From a virus (taxonomy: Duplodnaviria; Caudoviricetes): 64,000 bases of DNA. The stretch is taken from the IMG/VR virus record IMGVR_UViG_3300033075_001021. One strand, given 5' to 3'. Every line of letters starts with the position of its first letter. The first letter of the stretch is position 1. The notes under the pieces were generated by a model. The model ran no database searches and had not been told where the DNA came from. It worked only from the letters and a program-made list of their open reading frames with translations. The translations under genes and the position numbers were made by a program. Positions 9,396 to 20,126 of the stretch are shown in pieces.

Positions 9396-9850
9396 TAAAA
9401 ATGTAATTTTTGTTTTGCTAAGGTTATATTTGAATATTCTTTAACTCCTGTTATTTCTGGACCAAACCAACCAATCGGTTTGAAAGTATCGCAATCCTCT
9501 TGAGACTTAAATTCAACTTCAGCGACAGTTAAACCATTAGGATATGTATCTACATCAACAACATAATTTCCATTGTGTGGAGATAACGTAGTTCTTATCT
9601 TTTCTAATTTATATTTACATTTGCTTAGGATTTCAAGAGCATCAATTAGAGGGATTTCATATTCGTATTCATCCCTGACTTTGTTTTTGGTGTATTTAAG
9701 ACAGAGAAAAGCTTTGTGGTCTATCACCCTAACCCTCAACTGTTTATTTTTATCTAACAAAACATACCCCTGTTTGATAAGTTTTTGTTCTCCTAAATTT
9801 GGTGATATCTCAGTCTCAATCAAAAACTTACGTTCAATTTCTTTTGCCAT
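9395..9850 (-). CDS. CYTH domain protein
   Basis: EIERKFL, LRVR, AEVEF. Confidence 0.85.
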   Translation of the reverse strand: MAKEIERKFLIETEISPNLGEQKLIKQGYVLLDKNKQLRVRVIDHKAFLCLKYTKNKVRDEYEYEIPLIDALEILSKCKYKLEKIRTTLSPHNGNYVVDVDTYPNGLTVAEVEFKSQEDCDTFKPIGWFGPEITGVKEYSNITLAKQKLHF

Positions 9851-9902
9851 GTTACAAATATACTAATTATTTTTGTAAGTAGCAAATAAAACACTAAAAA
9901 AA

Positions 9903-11495
9903 TTATTGCAATGTTGTATATTCACCGTTAATAAAGTTGATATGCTGTGCTTTACCATCATTGTGAATGATAACGTGTGACTGTAACCAAGAACTAGGTC
10001 CATGGTTGTAGTTTACCCTTAATGTTGTTGAAGTACCAACAGCCAATGCGCCGTCTTTACGACCTGGTGAGTGATAGTGGCCAACAATAATTTTAGTGTT
10101 TAATTTTCTAAATTGAAGAAGTGAACCACGACTTCCATTAGAGCCAATGTCACCATGTTGTCCAAGCTCCCAATTTTTTACCCTATATGATGAACGTCTA
10201 CCAAGTGTAATAAATTTTGGATACTTCTGATTAATTATTGCTGGAATAACACCTTTAACATCATATGGATTTTGTGCATATTGCTTTAACAACATTGCAC
10301 TGTATTCCATGTATGCAACAGAATTTTTTGTTGTTGGTTGTTTTTTCCAATCTTCATTTTTAAGCCAACGGTCTAAAAAGTCGTCATGGTTGCTTCTAAC
10401 AATAACAACATTTTTGTATTTCTCAAAAGGTTTTAGACCATTTAACATGTCATTGATTTCCTTTTCAATGGAGTTGGTACCGTGAATTTCCTTCGCATAT
10501 TGAATGAATGGGTCTTTTAATTCATGATGACTAATTGAATATCCATCAAAGACATCGTGAAGAACAACATGTTCTGGAACCAATTTATCCATCAACTCGA
10601 CTGTTTTATCTAATACCTCTTGGTCATGATGTCCATAGTGAATATCGCCTAGAATAATTGCAGCAACACTATCTGTTTTGTTTACTTGACCATTTTCAAC
10701 CTTATAAAATAAATCTGTAAATGCACCCGTTTTATCGTCAGCTGTTACTTGTCTAACAAAGAATGTTTCCTTGTCTTTAATTTCAACAATAACAAAACCA
10801 AATACATGATGAAACTCACCTTTTTTACCAGATTTTGAATCGGTATAATTCATCTGTGTAACGGCGCCAGTAGTTAACATCATCTTGGGTTTGTTGCCCT
10901 CAAGAACTGGAATCATTTCCAATTGTACTTTTGGTGAACCAAACACACAAGAGTTTATACCACTCATACCCTGCAATCCACTCATAGGATTAGTTGCTGT
11001 TGGTTGAATCTTAACATCGGACATAACAGAAACATACTTATGTATATTATGTCTGTTTGCATCCAAATATGGTGCGACTTCATCAACCCAATAATCTTCT
11101 TCCCTATCTGAAAATACACTGGTTGGGTTTTTGTATCTACCTGCTATAACATGGATGTCTGCCTCAATAAATTCAGCATAAGCTTTCATGTTATCAAAAA
11201 ACTTTGAATGAACAGGTGTATTGTTTTGTGCCCATGTTATGATAAAGCGTGATTTTGTTTTATCTGCTTTTCTCTTTTTGGCTTGTTCGTATTGTTCTGA
11301 TTCAATTTCAGGTTTTTCTTTAAAGCCTAATTTTTTAAACCATTTACGAACAGTTCTTTCAGAAACATTAAATTCGTTACCTAAATTTATTGCTAATTTT
11401 TCAACAGTTAAATTATTAATTAGTCTATTATCATATTCTAATTTAAACCGTTTAATTAAATCATCAGTTAAATCTTTGAACTTAAATTTATTCAT
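9903..11495 (-). CDS. metallophosphoesterase-fold nuclease (T5 A1-like) with N-terminal HTH
   Basis: GDIH, HDVFD, SNHD, GHYH motifs. Confidence 0.65.
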   Translation of the reverse strand: MNKFKFKDLTDDLIKRFKLEYDNRLINNLTVEKLAINLGNEFNVSERTVRKWFKKLGFKEKPEIESEQYEQAKKRKADKTKSRFIITWAQNNTPVHSKFFDNMKAYAEFIEADIHVIAGRYKNPTSVFSDREEDYWVDEVAPYLDANRHNIHKYVSVMSDVKIQPTATNPMSGLQGMSGINSCVFGSPKVQLEMIPVLEGNKPKMMLTTGAVTQMNYTDSKSGKKGEFHHVFGFVIVEIKDKETFFVRQVTADDKTGAFTDLFYKVENGQVNKTDSVAAIILGDIHYGHHDQEVLDKTVELMDKLVPEHVVLHDVFDGYSISHHELKDPFIQYAKEIHGTNSIEKEINDMLNGLKPFEKYKNVVIVRSNHDDFLDRWLKNEDWKKQPTTKNSVAYMEYSAMLLKQYAQNPYDVKGVIPAIINQKYPKFITLGRRSSYRVKNWELGQHGDIGSNGSRGSLLQFRKLNTKIIVGHYHSPGRKDGALAVGTSTTLRVNYNHGPSSWLQSHVIIHNDGKAQHINFINGEYTTLQ

Positions 11496-12387
11496 TTGAT
11501 TTTAATTTTAATATTTTCATTATTTTTTTAACGTTCTCATTATACTTTATTATTATTAACCTGATATTATTTTTTTCACAATATACTTTTTTAATAATGT
11601 CTTTTTTTTGCTGTTCTTTAAAACGTTTTTCACCTCCAAAATAATCAATAGCTTTATAGTGTTGTATTCCATTATATTCTATACATGTGTTATAATCAGG
11701 TAAATAAAAGTCAAATGGTAATTTAAGTTTATATTTACATTTATCAAATTTATATTGTGGGATAAAATTAACCGAAAAATTATTTAATAACTCTCTAATT
11801 TTATTTTCGCCTTTAGATTCTTTACAATATGGGCATTTTTGGCCCTTTAAATGATTTTGTGGTGTTTGTTCAAATTCACCATGAATCGGACAAATTATTT
11901 TTACTTTAGTTCCAAAACCAAAATATTCAACATTAGAATAATCATATTTATCGCTATGAATTAATTTTGCTTTTTCAACAAATTTATTTATTTTTGTCTT
12001 TCTTTTGATAAAAGAACACAACTCACAATCTTTACCTTTTAGATGGTTTGATGGAGTTTGTTCAAATTCACCATGAACAGGACAAATTATCTTTACTTTA
12101 GTGTCATAATTAATATATCTAACTTTAGAATAATCGAATTTGTTATCATGAATTAATTTACCTTTCTTAATAAAATCATTTATGGATATTTTTTGCTTAT
12201 CTTGTGAACATTTAGAACATCCATAACCACTTAAATGACCACTAGCTCTTTGTTCAAATTCGCCATGAATTGGACAAATTATTTTTACTTTAAATTTACT
12301 TTCTGTATAATCAACTAGTGAATAATCATATTTATCACCATGAATTAATTTTGCTTTTTGAATGAATTTTAGATTTTTATTTATCAT
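11488..12387 (-). CDS. homing endonuclease (YDYS/CPxHG repeats plus PD-(D/E)XK)
   Basis: Three KYDYS..ICPIHGEFEQ repeats; LPFDFYLP..IEYNGIQH; paralog of 6405-7295. Confidence 0.8.
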   Translation of the reverse strand: MINKNLKFIQKAKLIHGDKYDYSLVDYTESKFKVKIICPIHGEFEQRASGHLSGYGCSKCSQDKQKISINDFIKKGKLIHDNKFDYSKVRYINYDTKVKIICPVHGEFEQTPSNHLKGKDCELCSFIKRKTKINKFVEKAKLIHSDKYDYSNVEYFGFGTKVKIICPIHGEFEQTPQNHLKGQKCPYCKESKGENKIRELLNNFSVNFIPQYKFDKCKYKLKLPFDFYLPDYNTCIEYNGIQHYKAIDYFGGEKRFKEQQKKDIIKKVYCEKNNIRLIIIKYNENVKKIMKILKLKSNE

Positions 12388-12409
12388 AATTTTCTTTTAT
12401 GATAAATAT

Positions 12410-12577
12410 CTAAATAAAACTAAAAAGACAAAGTTTAAACCACTTACGGACAGTCCTTTCTGATTTACCAAATAAAGCCATGAGTTTTTTCATTCTATCA
12501 TCCCATGACAATTCTTTGTCGGTGTAGACAGTTTTAGCTTCTTGGATTTGTTCTTGTGTTAATTCAGTAAACTTCAT
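12410..12577 (-). pseudogene. orphaned original 5' end of the A1-like gene
   Basis: MKFTELTQEQ...GKSERTVRKWFKLCLFSFI*, matching NVSERTVRKWFK in 9903-11495. Confidence 0.85.
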
Positions 12578-12598
12578 TTTAACGGGTTTAGTAAAATC

Positions 12599-12973
12599 TT
12601 ATTGTTCATCAGACTTTTTCTTTTTCCAAGAAAATCTTTGATGAAACTTAGCACGATAATCACCAGTTTCAAATCCTTGGGTTCTTAATATAACCTCAAG
12701 GGCCAATGGAAGTTCGGACAATAACTTATCAAATTCATCCTTTTTTTCTTGGCTTATTGTTGGTAATTCGTCTGTAAAAGCTGGGTCAAAATCATCTGGC
12801 TTACCATTAAGTATCAAATCCATGTCTTCATAAACATCATCCCCACCAAATGGAGACTCGTCTCTTAAAAAATCTTCAGCCGATGTAATGAATCTATTAA
12901 GATGCAGCGACCAATTCATTGCCCTTAATAAAGCAATGTGTTCTTGTTTTAATGTAAAATTTAATATGCTCAT
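12599..12973 (-). CDS. hypothetical protein
   Basis: ORF in operon, overlapping stop/start. Confidence 0.7.
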   Translation of the reverse strand: MSILNFTLKQEHIALLRAMNWSLHLNRFITSAEDFLRDESPFGGDDVYEDMDLILNGKPDDFDPAFTDELPTISQEKKDEFDKLLSELPLALEVILRTQGFETGDYRAKFHQRFSWKKKKSDEQ

Positions 12974-13668
12974 AGTTCGTTATTCATGATTTTATTTACA
13001 ACTTCGGTTACACCTTCAACAGCTTTCTTCTTAACATAAGTTATATCCAATCCCCATCCTTGAAGCGCTGGGCTTGGGTTAGGGTCAATATAAATAACCT
13101 TTGCTTTAGGGTCTGCCGTTCCTACCATTCCAGATGTATAACTTATATCAAAGCCAGTGCCTATAACCAAAACGTAATCACATTTACGTAATGCTGCGTA
13201 TGCTTCTTCAACTTCAAAAGGATATTCACCAAACAAAACCAAATGTGGTCTTAGTTGAGACCCTCTCGGACATTTATCACCCATTTTGATGTCCTCTTTG
13301 CAATCGTATAAAAACTTAGGGCTAAAAGTACCCCTCATTTTTCTTAAATCACCGTGAAGATGTAATACATTAGAGGACCCACCACGTTCATGGAGGTCAT
13401 CAACATTTTGTGTGATAACAGTAACATCAAAGCGTTCTTCCAATTTGGCTAATGCTTTATGTGCATCATTGGGTTCAACGGTAGCCAATGCCTTTCGTCT
13501 TTCATTATAAAAACCCAGAACCTTTTCAGGTGTTTTGCGCCAAGCCTCAATCGTTGCGACCTCATCAATTTTATAGTTGTACCATAAGCCGTCCTTAACA
13601 TCCCTAAATGTTGGTATGCCACTTTCTTGGCTGATTCCAGCCCCAGTAAACACTGCTATCTTTTTCAT
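12970..13668 (-). CDS. cobB: Sir2/CobB NAD-dependent deacylase
   Basis: GAGISQESGIPTFR, TQNVDDLHERGG, HLHG. Confidence 0.9.
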   Translation of the reverse strand: MKKIAVFTGAGISQESGIPTFRDVKDGLWYNYKIDEVATIEAWRKTPEKVLGFYNERRKALATVEPNDAHKALAKLEERFDVTVITQNVDDLHERGGSSNVLHLHGDLRKMRGTFSPKFLYDCKEDIKMGDKCPRGSQLRPHLVLFGEYPFEVEEAYAALRKCDYVLVIGTGFDISYTSGMVGTADPKAKVIYIDPNPSPALQGWGLDITYVKKKAVEGVTEVVNKIMNNEL

Positions 13669-14042
13669 TAGAATTTCCCTTTAATTTGTTTTTGTGTTAA
13701 TAATTCTTCAGCTCTCTTTTCAACTTCTTCCTTAAATTTTCTTGTGATTAGCATATCACAAATCTTTTCAGCTGTTTGGTCTATTTTATAATTGATAAAC
13801 GATTCAGCATCTTTTTCAAACGTTTTGAAGTTCTCTTCGATTTGTTTGGTTAAATCATCTTCAATTTTTTTAATTACACGGTGAGATAAAAGTTTATACT
13901 CATGTTCAAGCATTTCATGTATGACTGACCTAGTTTCTTGTTTGGTTACAACCAAAATATCACCATTAGCATCACGTATTTGTATATAGTCGCTAGCTTC
14001 AAGGCGTTTAAGTCTTTGTGGTATTGGTTTTTGTCTTGGCAT
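13668..14042 (-). CDS. hypothetical protein
   Basis: ORF behind promoter. Confidence 0.65.
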   Translation of the reverse strand: MPRQKPIPQRLKRLEASDYIQIRDANGDILVVTKQETRSVIHEMLEHEYKLLSHRVIKKIEDDLTKQIEENFKTFEKDAESFINYKIDQTAEKICDMLITRKFKEEVEKRAEELLTQKQIKGKF

Positions 14043-14073
14043 AATACAAATATACCAATAAAACTTTAATTTA

Positions 14074-14349
14074 TCAAGTCTTTTCAGGCATTAAAGTTTC
14101 ATAACAACCAATTTTATCCCTGACTTCCTCTAAACGAGAATCATTTTTACAGTACAATACCGAATAGTTCATATGCACCTGAATCTCACCAGAATCAATT
14201 TTATCAAAGACCTCTTCAAGGTCTTCTTTATTAAAGAAGATTGATTCTTGTCCACCCCAATCTTGTCTGAATAAAAGGTAATCATAAGATAGGTCATGTT
14301 TGGGCCCGTCGCCACTACCATATCGATTTTCTAAATAGTATCGTTTCAT
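14074..14349 (-). CDS. hypothetical protein
   Basis: ORF in operon. Confidence 0.6.
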   Translation of the reverse strand: MKRYYLENRYGSGDGPKHDLSYDYLLFRQDWGGQESIFFNKEDLEEVFDKIDSGEIQVHMNYSVLYCKNDSRLEEVRDKIGCYETLMPEKT

Positions 14350-14903
14350 AGCATAAAACCAATTGGGTCTTTAATAAAGCTTTCCCACTGTGCTTTTTCT
14401 TGACGAAGGTCTTCACGAACATCCGTTATCACCTCACCAAGCCAGTTGGTACCTTGCCATTGTGATTCATCATGAACACGTGGGTCACTTTCAGCTAAAC
14501 CAATACCCCAGATTTTATCTTCTGGACTTGCTTCAACAAGAAGAGTGTCACCAGTTGCCATTAAATCATCATAGTAATGTTTATGTTGTGTGAATTTAGC
14601 TTGATTAGCACGATACACAACACTCTTAGCTACTGATTCCCATCGGTCCTTATCAAAATCCTTCACCCTACGACCTAACGCTTTCTGTTCATATGGCTGT
14701 TCAGCTTTCATTATCGCTTCATAAGATTCCATATCTTTAAAGGTAAGAGCTTTTTGTGCCATCATGTATTGCTCACAGCAATTGTATTTTACCCCGTCTA
14801 TGAGGATTTCAGCGGGTGCCCATTGACTGAACGGGCCACCCCAAAAGAATGTATATTTTTCCATATTAACTTGTTTTAAAACCGATTCCACTGGTTCTGT
14901 CAA
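14346..14903 (-). CDS. NADAR (YbiA-like) hydrolase; likely start MEKYTFF
   Basis: FSQW, EQYMMAQKA, LVEASPEDKIWGIG, GTNWLG. Confidence 0.9.
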   Translation of the reverse strand: MTEPVESVLKQVNMEKYTFFWGGPFSQWAPAEILIDGVKYNCCEQYMMAQKALTFKDMESYEAIMKAEQPYEQKALGRRVKDFDKDRWESVAKSVVYRANQAKFTQHKHYYDDLMATGDTLLVEASPEDKIWGIGLAESDPRVHDESQWQGTNWLGEVITDVREDLRQEKAQWESFIKDPIGFML

Positions 14904-16182
14904 CTTGACTCATATAAAAACCTTTGTATGACTCTTTAATCAAAGAGATTGTATCCTCAAGTGTCCATTCGCCATCGTCTTCTGACATTTCTTTGATATT
15001 ATCTGCTAAGTTGGCAATAAAAGCACCAGTGATTTTTGCTTTTTTACCATTGATTGTCCCATTAAGAGCGTCATAAACCTCTGGAATCTGGTATTCCTTT
15101 GGAAGATGTATTTCACAAACTTTAGCAATTTGTTCTTCTGTTAAGAAAGTATAGTCAAGTGTCATATTAAAACGACCTGGTCTTTCTGCCGCCCTGTCGA
15201 CCAAACCTTTATCATTGGTTGATGCAAGAAGACTGATTTTCCTTTTCTTTACACCATCAAAAAATGATAAGAACTGGCCTAAAAGCATTGTGTAGCTACC
15301 CTTATCCCTTGACCCTAAGAAAAGGTCAATATCATCCATGATGATAACAACATTGTCAAAGATTTCACATGCCTCTAAGATTACCGTAAGGTCATCTGTT
15401 GTTGAGAAATCAGGAATGACAAACGTTACATTCGGTATGAGTTTTCTGATGATTTCACGAATACTTTCAGTTTTGCCTGTACCTGGCTCACCATTCAAAA
15501 GATATCTAGCACTACCGCCTCTGCTTACCCTTGAAATAAAGTGGTCAATGAATTTTCTTTGCGTATCATTCAAAATCAAATCAGTAGTAAAGTTGGAGAT
15601 ATCGATGATTTCGATACCTTTAAAGTTATTTTCATTGAGTTTGACTTTGATACACTTACCCACATATTTTGAATTGTTAAAAGCAAGTTTCTTAAGTTTC
15701 TTTACTGTATCATAAAGATACTCAACCGAAGCACCATTTTTTATTGTAAGATGTAGTTCTGTGATTAAATCCCTACGATTATCAAGATAACTTTTTGTTT
15801 GAATTACGAATTCATTATCTGGTTCATCGGCAAATTTTACATGAAACCACCAAGGGTTGGTCATGTTATACGGACCACCAAGATATACCCTACCAACCGA
15901 ATCTGTGGAACCATATAATGACACGATTACATCTTTGTTTGGCTTTCGATGAGATTCAAAAAGATACTCATTAATGATTGCAAATTCAATAAGTGTAATT
16001 AAAACAGTTTCAGCACTAGTTTTGTAGTCGTCAGAATAATTTTCTTGTGCTCCAATTTCTGATTCCTCATTCAAAGCATCAATTAAACTCTGTATTGATT
16101 CCTCATCATTTGTAGATGGAGTAGTTACCCCGATTGACAGTTCATTTTGTGATTCTTGTTGCTTATTTGACATATTTGACAT
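14866..16182 (-). CDS. AAA+ ATPase
   Basis: GEPGTGKT, MDDID, ERPGRF. Confidence 0.85.
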   Translation of the reverse strand: MSNMSNKQQESQNELSIGVTTPSTNDEESIQSLIDALNEESEIGAQENYSDDYKTSAETVLITLIEFAIINEYLFESHRKPNKDVIVSLYGSTDSVGRVYLGGPYNMTNPWWFHVKFADEPDNEFVIQTKSYLDNRRDLITELHLTIKNGASVEYLYDTVKKLKKLAFNNSKYVGKCIKVKLNENNFKGIEIIDISNFTTDLILNDTQRKFIDHFISRVSRGGSARYLLNGEPGTGKTESIREIIRKLIPNVTFVIPDFSTTDDLTVILEACEIFDNVVIIMDDIDLFLGSRDKGSYTMLLGQFLSFFDGVKKRKISLLASTNDKGLVDRAAERPGRFNMTLDYTFLTEEQIAKVCEIHLPKEYQIPEVYDALNGTINGKKAKITGAFIANLADNIKEMSEDDGEWTLEDTISLIKESYKGFYMSQVDRTSGIGFKTS

Positions 16183-16186
16183 ATTC

Positions 16187-16774
16187 CTAGTTTAATTTTT
16201 TTATTACTTCGGTGTATGAAATGGGTGTATAATTAATCAAGTTACATCCAACATCCATAACTTTCCTACCAATATAAAATCCAGCATCCTCACCATGATG
16301 AAGGTTCCCATGACAATGCCCATGTAAATGATATGAACCATGATGAGCTTTGTTCCATGAATAAATTGGGTAGTGACAAAGAACAAATGGAATATCTCCT
16401 TTGATATTTCCACCTGAAATCTTCAGGTCAACTAAGTCATTTATTGACTCAAATCTGTTGTAACTAGCGATGTCTTTGTATTTATCATGATTACCCATTA
16501 TGTAATGGATTTTCCCTTTTAAGGCATGAACAATACCGTTTGCCCATTCTGGCCTACCAAAACATAAATCACCAAGATAAAAAACAACATCGTTATCGTC
16601 AACGACACTATTCCAATTTTTGATAATCACTTTATGCATGGCTTCCACATCTGGGTCACCATTTGGTTTTCTGAAGGGTCGATTATCAAACCCTATTACG
16701 TTTTTGTGATAAAGATGAAAATCACTTATGAACCACACGTTTTTTCCATCACTCACATCAATCTTTATCCTCAT
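16187..16774 (-). CDS. calcineurin-like metallophosphoesterase
   Basis: SDFH, LGD, GNHD, HGHCH. Confidence 0.9.
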   Translation of the reverse strand: MRIKIDVSDGKNVWFISDFHLYHKNVIGFDNRPFRKPNGDPDVEAMHKVIIKNWNSVVDDNDVVFYLGDLCFGRPEWANGIVHALKGKIHYIMGNHDKYKDIASYNRFESINDLVDLKISGGNIKGDIPFVLCHYPIYSWNKAHHGSYHLHGHCHGNLHHGEDAGFYIGRKVMDVGCNLINYTPISYTEVIKKLN

Positions 16775-16779
16775 AATCT

Positions 16780-17364
16780 TTATTCTTTAAATTTTTCTTT
16801 TAGTTTTTTAAAGGCTTCCGTTTCTCCAAGAGTATACGTAGCCACTTTGTTTGTTTTCTTTTTTATTTCTTGTACTTTTTGTTGTACCTCAACATCTTCA
16901 ATATTTTCAGCCATTTCAATCATTGATGTTTTCCTGATTGACCTTAAAAGCCAATTAATGTGTTTGTCATTTTTCAATGACTTTGTTAACACCCAATTAT
17001 AGAATTCTCGCATTGCAATAACAGACATAAAAGTTGTTGTATTTACACCAGTTACACCCATTTTTCTTTCACCAATCAATTTAACCATTGGATGTTCTGA
17101 CTGAGGCCCATCACTAAACATGGATTTTAAATTTTCCATAAAGTCTTTCTTAAATTCTTCTGTCGCCATACCCTCAAGAATATCTTGGACAGAAAATAAA
17201 TCATCCCCAGTTATCACACATTTGAATTGCCCCTTTGGTCGGTCCCAAACCTTATCTATATTGGTTATTGGGAAATAGGCTCTAATCAAATGGTTAAGAA
17301 AGTTCTTCGTTTTAGGGTTTTCTAACATCGCATCCAAGTGCGCATGAATCTCTTGTTGTGTCAT
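16780..17364 (-). CDS. hypothetical protein
   Basis: ORF in operon. Confidence 0.7.
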   Translation of the reverse strand: MTQQEIHAHLDAMLENPKTKNFLNHLIRAYFPITNIDKVWDRPKGQFKCVITGDDLFSVQDILEGMATEEFKKDFMENLKSMFSDGPQSEHPMVKLIGERKMGVTGVNTTTFMSVIAMREFYNWVLTKSLKNDKHINWLLRSIRKTSMIEMAENIEDVEVQQKVQEIKKKTNKVATYTLGETEAFKKLKEKFKE

Positions 17365-17759
17365 TATAGTGTTTTAATTAAGTAATAGGTTGTGAAAAGC
17401 TGAACGTAATGAAGTACTTGGTCAAAACCAACACTTACAAAAAAGTTATGTACATCACCCTTAGCCCACAGCTTTGAGTTTAACCTACTCGTAAAATAGT
17501 CTGTTATCCAGTGACAAATAAATGTTATACAACTAAACATCAAGCCAAAAATTATTCCACCAATCAAATTAAACGGACCAATATAGAATAAAACTCCCAT
17601 TGGTAATAACCAGCATAGTGAATAAGTTGCAACATGATATGTCAATGCACGGTTATTTTTACTCTTGTTTGTAGCTTGCCAGTGAGTTTGCAACACAAAA
17701 TCACCTATAAAGTGAGTTGCCAATATTGTAAAAATCTCTATAAAATTTAATTCCCACAT
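17364..17759 (-). CDS. DUF3307-like membrane protein
   Basis: HFIGDFVLQ, H..TD, DQVLH. Confidence 0.8.
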   Translation of the reverse strand: MWELNFIEIFTILATHFIGDFVLQTHWQATNKSKNNRALTYHVATYSLCWLLPMGVLFYIGPFNLIGGIIFGLMFSCITFICHWITDYFTSRLNSKLWAKGDVHNFFVSVGFDQVLHYVQLFTTYYLIKTL

Positions 17760-18316
17760 TTTTTTGTTATTAGTTTACACAAATATTTAAAATACTCTTC
17801 ATCTAAATCCCGTTTAATGTAATTAATATCTTTATGTACCCATTGAACATTTCCTTCAATATAACCTTTAGATGAATCAATACGGTCTAATGATGCTGTT
17901 ATATTAGGACAACCTTTTTTTCTACTAATACTTCGCTCAAGTTTAATTGGTAATCCTGATAAAGCACACATTTCATTTTGTTTCAAATATAAATCCCAAG
18001 CATATTCTTTATTTATTAAAAAATCATGTCCACGTAACTTAGCCGATTTAATAACTCTTGACCAAAACGTATCACTTATATTACCAACATAACTTCTAAT
18101 TTCTCTCATTTTATCAAATGCTCGGCATGGACATCCTTTCGTTTTACCAGTTTGTAATGCCGATATCCTTACTAAGGATTCGGTTCCACATTTACATTTA
18201 CATAATACTGCATAGTTTCTATTTTTGATTTCCTTAATTTCATTATCAATAACAGTCCAATAATCAAATACATCACCATTATTAGGTGTTAAATATTTTA
18301 ATTTTCTTTTATTCAT
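17747..18316 (-). CDS. His-Me/HNH-type homing endonuclease (start MNKRKL)
   Basis: CKCKCG, CALSG, SLDRIDSSKGYIEGNVQWV. Confidence 0.75.
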   Translation of the reverse strand: MNKRKLKYLTPNNGDVFDYWTVIDNEIKEIKNRNYAVLCKCKCGTESLVRISALQTGKTKGCPCRAFDKMREIRSYVGNISDTFWSRVIKSAKLRGHDFLINKEYAWDLYLKQNEMCALSGLPIKLERSISRKKGCPNITASLDRIDSSKGYIEGNVQWVHKDINYIKRDLDEEYFKYLCKLITKKCGN

Positions 18317-18368
18317 ACATTTATTTAACAATAAATATATCTTGCCAATTAAAAAGTTAAAATATTTT

Positions 18369-18437
18369 TCAAACAAATCTGCAACCTGCAAACCAATGTA
18401 CAAAAATGATTGTGAATATTTCGGCAAAGTTTAACAT
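18369..18437 (-). pseudogene. orphaned original 5' end of the DUF3307 gene
   Basis: MLNFAEIFTIIFVHWFAGCRFV* vs MWELNFIEIFTILATHFIGDF. Confidence 0.75.
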
Positions 18438-18820
18438 ATATTTTCTTTTGCAATTGTACTCAAGGTCTTACCATCATATTGACCATCATAATTGGCTTTA
18501 AAATGTTTCATAATAGCACCCATATCTTTAACAGATAGAAGAGATATAATTTGACGCATTTCAGCTTCTGAAAGTTGCTTTGGAAGATATGTCTCCAAAA
18601 TGGAAAGCTCATCTTGATTATTTGTGGTTTCTTTAATACCTTCAACCAGCTTTTTAACAAGTTTAATAACATCGCCATCGGTGAGTTCAACTTTCCCATT
18701 GGCCCCTTGTTCAGAACGCTGAATTTCGGCTTTTAAAACCCTTAAAATACCCAATTTTACGGTATTTTTTTCTTTCATCGCAGTTTTTAAATCCTCTGAT
18801 ATTGAATTAATTAGATTCAT
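18431..18820 (-). CDS. GatB/YqeY domain protein
   Basis: DLKTAMKEK, YLPKQLSE, KDMGAIM. Confidence 0.85.
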   Translation of the reverse strand: MNLINSISEDLKTAMKEKNTVKLGILRVLKAEIQRSEQGANGKVELTDGDVIKLVKKLVEGIKETTNNQDELSILETYLPKQLSEAEMRQIISLLSVKDMGAIMKHFKANYDGQYDGKTLSTIAKENIC

Positions 18821-18873
18821 AGTTTACCTTTTATTCGATGACAAATATACAAAGAAAAAACGAATAATGCAAA

Positions 18874-19290
18874 TTATTCGCCTGTTAATTTTTCAAAAGT
18901 TAACCCATGTTGGAATGGTTTCCTGTCCTTCATTGCAACAAACGTAAAGTTAGCCGCACAAATTTCTTCGATTTCACCTAAAGTGCTTTCACGATTGACC
19001 GTGATTCTAACTTGAACTGAAGACTTGCCTAATGATTTAATCTCAGATGTCATTACAATAAGGTCACCAAGAAAGGCTGGCTTGTGAAAATCAATTCTGT
19101 CAACACAAGCGGTTACACAACCATCAGCTCCAGTTCCATATAACGCTCTTCTAACAACCTTGACACCAGCAATGTCCATTTCGGCCATTATTTTGCCACC
19201 AAATAGTGTATCATTATAATTTAAGTCCTGTGGGAAAACGGTAAAAGAATGTGTTGACGTCAATCTGTTTACCCTATCAAATGTTTTCAT
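18874..19290 (-). CDS. acyl-CoA thioesterase (HotDog)
   Basis: DLNYNDTLFGGKIMAEMD, FTFVA. Confidence 0.85.
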   Translation of the reverse strand: MKTFDRVNRLTSTHSFTVFPQDLNYNDTLFGGKIMAEMDIAGVKVVRRALYGTGADGCVTACVDRIDFHKPAFLGDLIVMTSEIKSLGKSSVQVRITVNRESTLGEIEEICAANFTFVAMKDRKPFQHGLTFEKLTGE

Positions 19291-19852
19291 TTATTTTGTA
19301 TTTTTTCTTTGTTCCGTCTGGTTTTGAATAAAGAACCTCTGAAGATTCTACTTCAATTGGTTCGACGTTTGAAAGATTTTTAACATATTTTTTTGCTGTT
19401 CCTTTTTTTAAGTAACATATTGTTGCATGTGGATGATAATTTGGAAATTCTGTTGTGTGTGGTAGTTCTTTAAACTTCTTATTCAACGCATGAAGGTCTG
19501 GGCTTTCAATATCAAATTTTAATACATCAAACAATTCATTCTCAAACGCTGAAATTTTTTTCAGTGTTAATTCTGGTCGTTTGATTTCATCAATTAATGT
19601 TTCAACCGCTTCATCTTTTACGTCTTCATGAACACCAAACAAAATTGTAACGTGTGGGTCTAATTCCCTACCATAACCACCATTTTCTCCATCACCAAAA
19701 TATATATCATCTTCATCAACCATATTTTGAATTTCATTCCATTTTTCGGTTGACGTATCTAACCCAATCATTACGCAACCGTAATCATACTTTCTGTTCT
19801 GTCTCTTCAGAAGAGCTTCCCTCAGTGTTTTCTTTAGGTTCATCAGTTTCAT
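19277..19852 (-). CDS. 2H phosphodiesterase (Acb1/gp57B-like)
   Basis: Two HxT motifs, PHVTIL and PHATIC. Confidence 0.7.
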   Translation of the reverse strand: MKLMNLKKTLREALLKRQNRKYDYGCVMIGLDTSTEKWNEIQNMVDEDDIYFGDGENGGYGRELDPHVTILFGVHEDVKDEAVETLIDEIKRPELTLKKISAFENELFDVLKFDIESPDLHALNKKFKELPHTTEFPNYHPHATICYLKKGTAKKYVKNLSNVEPIEVESSEVLYSKPDGTKKKYKINENI

Positions 19853-20087
19853 AAGTTAATGCTTCATTAACCGTTTTAATAACACCATTAACTAACATTT
19901 GTTTAATGTTTGAGTCACTGGTTAAAATGATTAATTGTTTTATTGCGTAGGATAAAGTTGCCACATCATCGACAACCATTTTGTATGCACCTTCTTTGGT
20001 AGCTGGGAGTTCAGTATCGGGGGGCTTGCTAAATAATATTGGACGTTCCCTTTCAGAGTCAAAATCGACTAATATTGAATTTTTCAT
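19785..20087 (-). CDS. hypothetical protein
   Basis: ORF behind promoter. Confidence 0.6.
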   Translation of the reverse strand: MKNSILVDFDSERERPILFSKPPDTELPATKEGAYKMVVDDVATLSYAIKQLIILTSDSNIKQMLVNGVIKTVNEALTYETDEPKENTEGSSSEETEQKV

Positions 20088-20126
20088 AAAACAAATATAC
20101 TAAAAAAAGTTGAATAATGCAACTTT

